DNA of 49,401 nt from an uncultured Clostridium sp. (lineage in GTDB: Bacteria; Bacillota; Clostridia; TANB77; CAG-508): the NCBI GenBank assembly GCA_946545035.1, contig CAMNND010000002.1, positions 1 to 49,401 of the forward strand, in the 5' to 3' direction. Shown here piece by piece: positions 19,097 to 28,500 of the stretch; the stretch's first letter is position 1, and each line of letters starts with the position of its first letter. The position numbers and the translations under genes were made by a program. Under the pieces are notes generated by a model. It made no database searches and was not told the origin of the DNA. It was given only the letters and a program-made list of their open reading frames with translations.

Positions 19097-20335
19097 CTAT
19101 CCTTCTATCTTAGTTCCACATTCTGGGCAGAATTTAGCTCCATCTTTAACTTCTTTTCCACAATTTGTACAGAATTTCTTAGCTGGTGCTTCTGGTCTTT
19201 TAGTTCCACATTCTGGACAGAATTTACCACTTACTGTGTTGTGACATTGTGGACATTCCCAAGTATCAGCTTTTGCTTCAGTTGCAGCTACTGCTCCAGC
19301 TTGTGCATTATTTCCACCTACTGGTGGTACTTGATAATTTTGAGCATTTTGAGCTTGTTGCCATGGTCCTTGAGCTGCTCCTCCAACCATTCCACCTGTA
19401 GACATATTCATCATTCCAATTCCCATGAATCCGTTCATTGCACCTGCTGAATTCTTAGCAGCATCTTGAACAGCTTTTCCATATGAATTAACTAATGTAC
19501 CTTGTTGTGTATAAGCATCTCCTCCAAGCTCGTATGTATCGATCTTTTCTTCTGATTTTTCATCAAATGTAACGCTTTCAACAACAAATGATTCAAGAGC
19601 AACACCTCTTTTTCTAATTGGCTCGTCAAATACATTTTCTTCCATCATAGCTCTAATTTCATCGGTTTTATTTGGTATATCCATAGCATTTACTCTGTAT
19701 TCATCACTACCCAAGCTGTTTGTAATGTTTGAAAATGCTCCAATAACTTCTGATTTTATTTGTGCATTTAGTAAGTCTTTTTTATATACGTCTGCTGTAC
19801 CAGCAATCTGTGACATAAATAAGAATGGATCGTTAATTTTGAATGTATATGTACCAAAACATCTAATTCCAACTTTCATTCCCATTAATGATTGAGTTCT
19901 TGGGTTCATAACTGCATGTTCCCAATCTCTGTATATAATTGGATTTGGTGTCCCAAATTTATTATCAATGATTTCTTTTGTATTAATGAAGAATACAGCT
20001 TGTTGCTTAGCACTTGCTCCATTATATGTGAATCTTTGCCACATTTCTTTAAACATTCCACCAAATTGTCCAGCAAATAGTGATGGTGAAGATGAACTAT
20101 CAAATGTATATGCTCCATCTTCTGCAGTAGCATCTAGAACTCTACCATTATCAAAAATAATAGCACATTGTCCTGGTGCAACAATAATTGTACTTCCAGC
20201 TGTAATAACACCTGTTGGTGTTGTTTTCTTAACCATTAAGATATCATTTCCCATATCTTCACATCTGATTGCTTCCTTCCATTGATCATGTAATGTTGAT
20301 CCAACTGCCCCAACGGCTGCTTTAATTAAACCCAT
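19097..20335 (-). CDS. SPFH-domain protein with a C-terminal double zinc ribbon (COG4260/YdjI-like)
   Basis: N-terminal MGLIKAA...STIIVAPGQCAIIFDNGRV pattern, as in YdjI-type SPFH proteins. A G/M/Q-rich linker follows. Then CPQCHN..KFCPECG and FCTNCG..KFCPECG zinc ribbons. Confidence 0.8.
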   Translation of the reverse strand: MGLIKAAVGAVGSTLHDQWKEAIRCEDMGNDILMVKKTTPTGVITAGSTIIVAPGQCAIIFDNGRVLDATAEDGAYTFDSSSSPSLFAGQFGGMFKEMWQRFTYNGASAKQQAVFFINTKEIIDNKFGTPNPIIYRDWEHAVMNPRTQSLMGMKVGIRCFGTYTFKINDPFLFMSQIAGTADVYKKDLLNAQIKSEVIGAFSNITNSLGSDEYRVNAMDIPNKTDEIRAMMEENVFDEPIRKRGVALESFVVESVTFDEKSEEKIDTYELGGDAYTQQGTLVNSYGKAVQDAAKNSAGAMNGFMGIGMMNMSTGGMVGGAAQGPWQQAQNAQNYQVPPVGGNNAQAGAVAATEAKADTWECPQCHNTVSGKFCPECGTKRPEAPAKKFCTNCGKEVKDGAKFCPECGTKIEG

Positions 20336-20348
20336 AATAATATACCTC

Positions 20349-21110
20349 CTAATTATTATAATCTTCTTTAAATGAGCTCATTTTCCATGCTCTCAAATTT
20401 ATTCTTTCTACCGGTGCCATACAATATTCACAATGGCTATCACCTAAGTTTGTAATTGGTGCTCCACAATTTTTGCAATGAACAGAAATTGCAAGTTGCT
20501 TATCATCAAACTTTGATTCATCGTACACATATACAAACTCTGTTGTATATCTTGTTTGTTTTTTTAAATCCGAATATGATTTCTTATCTTTACGATTTGA
20601 ATCATAATAATAACCTAGTGATGTAGACAGCCTTATAGTTGCTTTACCATCATCTTTTGTATATGAACTTATAGCACTTCTGTTGAATTCAATGTTATCA
20701 AACTTTTCATCTATTTGATTGGATTTCATATCTTCAATTGTTTCTCTTACCTTTGGCTCAATATAAATTAAATCCGGATCTGCATCTATTTCTGATATGT
20801 CTTTTGCCTCGATTCCATTAAGAATTTTCCTAATATTTTTTTCATTAATTGAGAATAATAAATCTCTATTAAACTCTGGAAAATCCCTTAATATTCTTGG
20901 TTCAAGCATGCTAGTTAACCCTGAAATACTTTTTACTCTTGTATACTCATCTCTCGCAATTTCTTTGGCATGAGTAAAAGCATTCTTTAGCTCCCCCATT
21001 TGTGCAGCACCAACTGAAGCTCTAAGTTTAAAATAAATTACTGCAATAAAAACAATAATTGCTAATATTATTCCAATAAATCCTCCTAAAATAGAAATAA
21101 AAAAATTCAT
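20349..21110 (-). CDS. Single-pass membrane protein with a C-terminal CxxC...CxxC zinc ribbon, operonic with the SPFH gene
   Basis: N-terminal TM (FFISILGGFIGIILAIIVFIAVIYF). The C-terminus is CKNCGAPITNLGDSHCEYC. There is a 13-nt gap to the downstream SPFH gene. Size and position resemble ydjH upstream of ydjI in B. subtilis; that comparison is an inference. Confidence 0.6.
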   Translation of the reverse strand: MNFFISILGGFIGIILAIIVFIAVIYFKLRASVGAAQMGELKNAFTHAKEIARDEYTRVKSISGLTSMLEPRILRDFPEFNRDLLFSINEKNIRKILNGIEAKDISEIDADPDLIYIEPKVRETIEDMKSNQIDEKFDNIEFNRSAISSYTKDDGKATIRLSTSLGYYYDSNRKDKKSYSDLKKQTRYTTEFVYVYDESKFDDKQLAISVHCKNCGAPITNLGDSHCEYCMAPVERINLRAWKMSSFKEDYNN

Positions 21111-21183
21111 AACTCTCCTTTCAAATCAGCTCCACTTAATATTACATTTAAAGTCTTATTTTGTCAATATTCCGCCATAAAAA

Positions 21184-21212
21184 AAGGAGTCCGTAGTTCT
21201 TACGCACTCCTT
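21184..21212 (-). terminator. Terminator downstream of the 21224..22306 surface protein gene
   Basis: aaggagtccgta ... tacgcactcctt stem with one mismatch, preceded by an A-run on the plus strand (a U-run on the transcript). Confidence 0.7.
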
Positions 21213-21223
21213 AATTATATTCA

Positions 21224-22306
21224 TTATTTGGTTGTTTTATATTTGTAAAATGAAACAGCTGATATTGTAGAGAAAACAATAATTCCTAGAATAGTTCCAA
21301 AATCATTTTCACCTGTTTGTGGCATAGTATCATCTGCTGTTGATGTTGAAGCAACTTTCTCTATTTCTTCAAAATCTGAAGTGTCAATAGAATCCTTATC
21401 TCCATTAGATACTTTATTTGCATTATTAGAATAATTACTATTACTTACATTGTTTGAGCTACTTGTTGTACTTTGAGATGCAGTTCCATTTGATGATGGT
21501 GCAACGTTATTATCATTGTTATTATTTTGTTTATTGTTGTTTTCATTGCTTACTGTAGGAACTTCTTCAATTGTTTGAAAATCATTTGATTCTGGCTCTT
21601 TATTATTATCTACGACTAATTGATCTTTTTGATTTTCACTTACTTGATTATTTTCTTGCTCTACAGGTTTGGCTTCTGGTTGCTTTTCTTCTACTGGAGT
21701 ATCTTGAGCAGGCTCTTGTGTTTGCTCCTCAACTTTTTCTTGTGGTTGAGTCTCTTGAGGCTCCTCAACTGGTTTATTTTCCTCTACTGGCTCATTCTTA
21801 TTATCCGTTGTATTTTCAACAACTTGTCCATTTTCCCCTTCACCTTCAACTGTCATCTTATGGCCTTCATCAGAATTATTTTCTTGATTAGTGTTTCCAT
21901 TGTTAGTGTCAGATTTTCCGGGATTACAATCTATATAATCACATAAACTACAGTTTCCAATTGATACATAAAAAACTACATATCTTTTATCGACGTTTGG
22001 AACTACAGCTGTATATTTATCATCTTCAGACTTATCTAAGTTTATTGTAGATCCAGAATCTCTTGTTTGTGCTAGTATATCATCTGACGTCAAAACATCA
22101 TCTGTTATTAAATACTTACAAACAATTCCTGTATATACATCTGAATTAACTGTGATATTTGCAGTTACTTCTGCATTTTCATAATGCATGCTTATCTCTA
22201 TACTTTCTTTTTCATTTGCAACTGTTCTAATTGGTAACAAAATGCTTAACATTAGTACACATGCTATTGTTAATGAGCAAATTGAAATCATCTTATATTT
22301 GTTCAT
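21224..22306 (-). CDS. Secreted cell-wall-anchored surface protein with an MPQTG sorting signal
   Basis: GAGGAGG RBS before the ATG at 22306 (MNKYKMISICSLTIACVLMLS... signal peptide). There is a P/E/Q/V-rich repeat region and an N/S-rich region. The C-terminus is MPQTG, then the hydrophobic stretch FGTILGIIVFSTISAVSF, then YKYKTTK. Confidence 0.8.
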   Translation of the reverse strand: MNKYKMISICSLTIACVLMLSILLPIRTVANEKESIEISMHYENAEVTANITVNSDVYTGIVCKYLITDDVLTSDDILAQTRDSGSTINLDKSEDDKYTAVVPNVDKRYVVFYVSIGNCSLCDYIDCNPGKSDTNNGNTNQENNSDEGHKMTVEGEGENGQVVENTTDNKNEPVEENKPVEEPQETQPQEKVEEQTQEPAQDTPVEEKQPEAKPVEQENNQVSENQKDQLVVDNNKEPESNDFQTIEEVPTVSNENNNKQNNNNDNNVAPSSNGTASQSTTSSSNNVSNSNYSNNANKVSNGDKDSIDTSDFEEIEKVASTSTADDTMPQTGENDFGTILGIIVFSTISAVSFYKYKTTK

Positions 22307-22396
22307 ACAATCCTCCTCTAAAATTTGATATTCTATCAATATGTGTACCATTATATCACAGAAGTATTGATTTTTCAATGTTTTTTGATGTTTTTG

Positions 22397-24325
22397 CTAT
22401 AAATTAATCAAATTAAAGTCTATATTTAGGGCTTTTAAGACCTCTTCCTCTCTTTTTGTACAAGTAAATAGTATAATTTGATGTCTTTTACTGTAGTTTT
22501 CACTTAAATTCTTTAAAGTATCTTTTAATCTATTATTGTCAAAATAAGCAAATATTTCATCAAAAATGATAGGCATGCTCTCTTTAGAAATATCTTCAAT
22601 CATTGAAAGTCTAAATGCTAAATACAATTGCTCAATAGTTCCTTTACTCAACAGATTAGCGCTCTTATAATCACCATTTTCAAGTTCAACTAATATACCG
22701 TCATTTTCATTTATTACAATTCTTTTATATTTATTTTCTGTAATAAGAGCTATATTTCTAGATAAATTTTCAGTAAATCTAGGTGCTACATTATTTTTCA
22801 TTTTTTGATATGAAAGCTCTATTATTTCTTTAGCCATTTCAATTGCTTCGTTCTTTTTAACAAGGTCTGAGTATACTTCTTTATCTGCAAAGATTCTTTC
22901 TTCATTTGAAGCATATTCTTCAAGCCTTGGTAATATATTTTCTTTATCTAGATTTAACTTATGTAACTCCATATTCTTATCATTCATAAGTCTACTATTT
23001 TGGCTAATTTCATTTTCAATATTGTTTTGATTTATAAAATAATTCATACTAGATGGATCAATCCTATTTGAATACTCATTTCTTAATATATTTATGCTAT
23101 CATCTAAATCTTTCATTATCTCATTTTTAATGCTTTCTGCTTCATTAATTTGCTCTTTCTGACTTTTTTCTAATAATTGAATTTGAGCATCTATTTCGAA
23201 TATTTTTTTCTCAATATTTCTATTATAGTTTAGTATTTCCTCCTGCTCTTTGCTTCTTTTTTGATTATATGTATTAACCTTTTTTACTTTTGTATAAAGC
23301 AAAATTAAACAAATAATGCCAATAATTAAAATAATAAATGAAAAGCTTTTTTGAGTTATAAAATATAAAGCTAAAGTTAATATAATGCTTATAAGTACTA
23401 CTGTAATATATGGTATTGCATTAACTTTTTCTTTTTTTACTTTTGAAATATTCTTCAGCTCTTTATTTATTCTTTCTTTTTCTTGCATTAAATTTTGAAT
23501 TTTTTCTTCAAGCTCATCAATCTTACTTTCATTATATTTAAGTTTGCTTTCTTCAATATTTTTTCTTTGATTAATATTTTGAAGTCTATTTAAAAACTGA
23601 CTTTTAGATTCGCTCTTACTTAGCTCTTCTTCTAATCTAGATTTTCTTTCTTCAATATCATACTTCAGCTCTTCATATTTACTTAGCTCTTCGTTAATCT
23701 CTGTCAAATTTTGTATTTCGTTTGTTACAATATTAATTGGTTTTCCTTGGCTCCTGCTGGTTCCTATTTCTTCCAATTGTCTTTTATTTAACTTTTCAAT
23801 CGCTTTTTTATATGATATTCCTTCATCACCAGATGATGATGTATTTGCTATTTTTTGCAACAATATATTTTGCGTTTGGTTATCGATCTCAGCAGCATTT
23901 TGAAAAGAAACAACTGTTGATGTAAAAGTAGCTTCATCAACCCCCGTTTGCTCATAAAAGAACTGACTGCCTGATGTTTTATCTATGGAAAAGTCCTTGC
24001 TAACGTCCTCCATATTTTTATCGTAAATTTTAACATTTTTTTTCCCAAACTCTCTAAAGACCTCAAAATTTTCATTATTATCTAATGTATATGAAATCTT
24101 ACCGGAAAACTCTTCGCTATCCCACGGTTTAAACCTATCATAGTCCGATATATCTTTACCTCTTTTATTTTTTGATGTACCATATAATAAATTTACAATA
24201 CTATTAAGTAATGTAGATTTTCCTCTTTCATTCTCTCCATATATTACGTTTATACCATCCTTTAATGTAATATCTTTATTCTTTAATTTTCCATAAGAGT
24301 TTATTTTTAAATTATTTATTCTCAA
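22397..24325 (-). CDS. SMC/SbcC-like AAA ATPase (YhaN/SbcE-type) with a central two-TM hairpin
   Basis: N-terminal Walker A is GENERGKST. The arms are long E/K-rich coiled coils. Residues ~303-344, AIPYITVVLISIILTLALYFI..SFSFIILIIGIICLILLY, are hydrophobic. The C-terminus has the signature LSKGTIEQL and Walker B IIFDEIF. TTG start with a GAGAGG RBS. Confidence 0.8.
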   Translation of the reverse strand: MRINNLKINSYGKLKNKDITLKDGINVIYGENERGKSTLLNSIVNLLYGTSKNKRGKDISDYDRFKPWDSEEFSGKISYTLDNNENFEVFREFGKKNVKIYDKNMEDVSKDFSIDKTSGSQFFYEQTGVDEATFTSTVVSFQNAAEIDNQTQNILLQKIANTSSSGDEGISYKKAIEKLNKRQLEEIGTSRSQGKPINIVTNEIQNLTEINEELSKYEELKYDIEERKSRLEEELSKSESKSQFLNRLQNINQRKNIEESKLKYNESKIDELEEKIQNLMQEKERINKELKNISKVKKEKVNAIPYITVVLISIILTLALYFITQKSFSFIILIIGIICLILLYTKVKKVNTYNQKRSKEQEEILNYNRNIEKKIFEIDAQIQLLEKSQKEQINEAESIKNEIMKDLDDSINILRNEYSNRIDPSSMNYFINQNNIENEISQNSRLMNDKNMELHKLNLDKENILPRLEEYASNEERIFADKEVYSDLVKKNEAIEMAKEIIELSYQKMKNNVAPRFTENLSRNIALITENKYKRIVINENDGILVELENGDYKSANLLSKGTIEQLYLAFRLSMIEDISKESMPIIFDEIFAYFDNNRLKDTLKNLSENYSKRHQIILFTCTKREEEVLKALNIDFNLINL

Positions 24326-24345
24326 GTATATACACCTCTCGTATC

Positions 24346-25416
24346 TTATTTTTCCAGTATATCAAGCCCAATTTCTAGTGCTTTTTCAACTGTTTCTTTG
24401 TCATATGTATCATCTTCAAGTCTATCTAAAATTTCTTTAACGAACAATCCTTTTAAATTATTACTTTTAGCAAGCTCTTCGAGATTATATGAAATTTTGC
24501 TATTGTCTTTTATTTTAATAACATTATTTTGCAAAATCATCTTTTTCAAGTTATATAAATCTATCTCAAAATTTTTATTTCCAACTAAATATATTTCATA
24601 AAACTTATTACTATCTAGTATCAGATTATTGATTGTATCAGCAATAGTCTCAACAGATTCAAGCTCAGATATATCGAGTTCATTAATTTTAAACTCACCC
24701 TCATCTAATGGAATAAACTCCGTTTTTAACTTTTTATCAGAAAATTCACCTACAACCATTCCATGTCTTCCAAGTTCATCAAATCCCATTGAAATAGTAG
24801 ATCCAGGATACACTATCGTCTCATTTTCTGTGTAATTTGATTTATGAATATGTCCTAATGCAACATAATCAAAACCTATATTCTCCAAAGTCCTTTTTGA
24901 AACAGCATTATATTGCAAATCAACATTATTTGTTCCGTCCAGAGATGCATGAGTTATCAAAATATTAATTTTATTTTTGTCTTCTAATTCTAAAGACTCG
25001 ATTTCTGGATTAGTATAATAAAAATCATCAAATCCATATCCATAAATATTAATGTTTCCATCATTAACACATGATATTTTTGAATTAAAAATATGAACAT
25101 TATCATTCCATTTATACTTATTATAAAATGAGTTTTTAATTAATGGATCATGATTACCTGGAGTTATAAATATTTTTGTCTGTTCGATTTCTTTAAACAA
25201 TTTATTAATGTATTCAATCGTGCTTTCTCTTATATATTTATGCTCATAAAAATCTCCTGCTATAAATAAATAATCCACATTATTTTCTTTTATATATTCA
25301 ATTATTTTCTTTAGAGCTTTCCTCTGCTCAAGTCTTCTGCTATTACCTAATTCAGTATTACTGATTTGCGCAAAAGACGTATCAAAATGCATATCTGCAA
25401 TATGTACAAATTTCAT
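24346..25416 (-). CDS. SbcD/Mre11-like metallophosphoesterase nuclease (YhaO/SbcF-type)
   Basis: Calcineurin-like motifs: HIADMHFD, AGDFYE, GNHD, ITHASL, GHIH. AGAGG lies 8 nt before the ATG at 25416. Confidence 0.85.
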   Translation of the reverse strand: MKFVHIADMHFDTSFAQISNTELGNSRRLEQRKALKKIIEYIKENNVDYLFIAGDFYEHKYIRESTIEYINKLFKEIEQTKIFITPGNHDPLIKNSFYNKYKWNDNVHIFNSKISCVNDGNINIYGYGFDDFYYTNPEIESLELEDKNKINILITHASLDGTNNVDLQYNAVSKRTLENIGFDYVALGHIHKSNYTENETIVYPGSTISMGFDELGRHGMVVGEFSDKKLKTEFIPLDEGEFKINELDISELESVETIADTINNLILDSNKFYEIYLVGNKNFEIDLYNLKKMILQNNVIKIKDNSKISYNLEELAKSNNLKGLFVKEILDRLEDDTYDKETVEKALEIGLDILEK

Positions 25417-25441
25417 AAACAAAACCTCTCTTATTCTTAAA

Positions 25442-25492
25442 TTTATATCATACGCTTTTTTTTAAGTCAATAATTTTATAAACATTTGTTCG
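25442..25492 (-). promoter_or_regulatory. Promoter with an upstream LexA (Cheo/SOS) box-like site for the sbcD/sbcC-like operon
   Basis: On the minus strand: CGAACAAATGTTTA (25492-25479; Cheo consensus is CGAAC-N4-GTTCG), an 8-nt gap, TTGACT (25470-25465), a 17-nt spacer, then TATAAA (25447-25442). Confidence 0.55.
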
Positions 25493-25529
25493 AATATTTT
25501 TAATTTATAATTTTATATTCATAAAAGCA

Positions 25530-25560
25530 AAAGTCATAGACGTTTAACGTCTATGACTTT
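25530..25560 (-). terminator. Terminator downstream of the large adhesin gene
   Basis: A 13-bp perfect stem, aaagtcatagacg (25530-25542) with cgtctatgacttt (25548-25560). Confidence 0.8.
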
Positions 25561-25577
25561 CTAATATTTTTATTTAA

Positions 25578-28500
25578 TTATATAATACGTCTCTTAATTG
25601 TATAAGATCCAATACCTACTATAGCTAAGAATGCTATCGCAAGTGTAACGTATCCAATAACAGCAGAACCTGTTTTTACAGATAACATTACTGGTGCATC
25701 ATCAATATCATCTTCTCCAGGAACTTTGTTGTTTGGAGTTGAATCAATATCTTTTGCTCCGTATTCATTATAATCTTTGCTTATTTCAGCTGTATTAATC
25801 TTTACACCCATGTTATTTGCATCATTAATCCATGTTAATACAATAGTAACTTCTGCGCTTTCACCTGGTTGTAATAATGTGTCAGCTAATAATTCGGTCT
25901 TAACTACATTTGGATCACTTGTTGTTGTCCAACCTTGATTATCTTCGCTAACGAATTTTAATCCTGCTGGAATGTAATCAGTAACTTCCTTAGCATACCC
26001 AGCGATTTCACCTTCATTAGTTACTCTTATTGAATATCTAAATTTAACTGTTACATTGTTTATTTTGCTCTTCTTAAGGTCAACTTTAACAATTGCTTCA
26101 GGATCATCTTCTGCATGATGTCCTGTTGGTGTAACTTGTGTTTCACCATTTTCTGTAACAATTGCTTCTGTAACCCATTTTCTTAAAGCTAAATCAAAAT
26201 ATCTTAATCTAATCTTCTCAATATCTTGATCATCTTCACCTTCAATCCACTCGTTAGGTGTAGAATCTCTATCGATAACTGTTGTGTTACCTTCAGTATC
26301 CTTATGCTCAGTAATTTGTGCATAATTAATAATAATTCTATCAGATGTGTTTGGCTCTACAACTTTGAAAGCAACCTTAACATCTTTATAATCTAATGTA
26401 CTCATTGTTTTTGCATCATAAGCTTTTATTAATTGATCTTTTAATGCATCTGTAACAATTAAATCTGCATTTTTAGCATCTGTAGTTGGTACATATATCT
26501 TCTTATTGTATGTAATACTTCCTTCAGTAGCTTTATCAGATTCAACGTACATATTCCATCTATTTGCTTTGTTAATTTCATTTTCTGGTAAATACTCTAA
26601 TCCGTCAGGAATATCATCCATAACCTTAGTAGCATATCCATCAACTTCACCTTCGTTGTAGATTCTTATAGTATATGTAACAATATTATCTTGAACAACA
26701 TCAACTGGGTCTTTAGTATGTTCATAGTTAGCTGTAGTTACTTTTCCAGATTTGAAGTCATCTGTTAATGTTACCTTTGGAATTCTAGAAGTAATTTCTT
26801 TTCCATTTACGTTTGTTATGAATTTACGTAGTGCTAAATCAAAATTCTTCTTAGTCTTCTCATCTTTAATTTCAATAGTAATAACGTTAGATTTAACATC
26901 TAATGATACTCTATCACTTGAGTCAGCTAATTTAGTATTTTTCTCATCAACAACATACTCACCATCTTCAGTTTTTGTAGCTACATTTAAAGTAATTTCC
27001 TTATCGTATCTATCATATCCTTCTGGAGCAGTTGTCTCTTCAAATGTATAAGAGAATTTTTGATTTTCCTCAGTTATTTTTTGCTCTTTAACTAATTCAA
27101 CATATCCATTTTCGTCAGTTGGTCCAACTTTTTCACCTGTTTTTAATGTAAAATATGCACCAGCTAATCCTTGGTTTTTATTAGCTAAATCAACTTTCTT
27201 AATTATAACTTTAAATTGACCTTTAATAGATTCAACTACTACTGTTTCAAAATCATCATCGTCTTGTACACCTGGGTAATAATCTGTAACTTCTTTAGCC
27301 TTACCATCTAAATCGTATGTATATGTTTTGGCATTTTCATACCATGTATCTAATCCAAGTGACTTACTAATTGTTTTTTCAACAGAGTCTCTGTCTGAAT
27401 CGCCAATAGCTTTTGCTTCATGCCATGTTCCTTCTTTATCTGTATATCCATAAACAGTAATTTCAGCTCTGTTTGTTATGTATCCAGCTGCTCCTTCATT
27501 AACTTTACAAATTAATTTAACTTCTTGATATTTATTATCTCTAACTGAACCTGCTGGAAGCACATCAGAACCTGTATATTTTAACACTACTTCTTTACTT
27601 CCTTCTTTAGTATCAGTAGTATATAATTTTGCACTTTCATCAGCAATCTTAACAAATGTTAATCCTGATGGTAAGTAATCAGTAATTTCTTTTGCCACTC
27701 CATCAACTTCACCTTCGTTGTATACTCTAATTGTGTATTCAACTTGGCTTCCAATTTTAACATCTAAAGCTTTTTTTGTATGATGATATACTGCAGTTCC
27801 TGTTAAATCTAAAACCTCTTTAGATTCTTGATCAATTACTGGAACCCTGCTTACTTCAACATCTTTTCCGTCAATTTTAGTGATGAATTTTCTTAAAGCT
27901 AAGTCAAATTTTGGGCTCTTTTTCTCTTCCTCTTTGTTTGGAACATAAATTTCAATTGTATTATCATTTGGAACATTTAATTTAACAGTACCTGTTTTTC
28001 CATTTGCTGTCATTTTAACTTTTTCTTTGTCTAATGCATATGTTGTTCCTGTTGTCTTGAATGCAACATCTAAATTAATAGTTCCATCATATTTCGTATA
28101 TCCTTTTGGAGCAGTATCTTCTACTATAGTATATTTTTCTGTTGCAGTAGCATCTGTAATTTGTTTTCCATCAGCAATTACTAATATACCATCTTTTCCA
28201 GTTTCAGCACCTTTTTTATCAACAGCACCACTAACTGTAAATACAGCTGGATTGTCTGTTATAACCGTAGAGCCATCAATCTTAGTTTTGATTAATTTTA
28301 CTGTATATTTTCCAGAATAAGTAATTGATTTTTCATCTGAAAAAGGTTTTGAATTATATGTTTTTCTTACATTTATTATATTTTGGTTCTTACCATTAAC
28401 AATTACTTCGAAAGTAACTGTACATCCTGTATAGATATCAGCAACATTAACTTTTACATTTGTTACTTGACCGCAGTCTTTAATATCTACGTAGAATGTT

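Noticed and set aside
19097-19500. Locally higher GC at the 3' end of the SPFH gene, considered as a horizontal-transfer signal
   Set aside because: It is explained by the Gly/Ala/Pro/Gln-rich linker and the Cys/Pro/Gly-rich zinc ribbons it encodes. The rest of the gene has native-looking composition.
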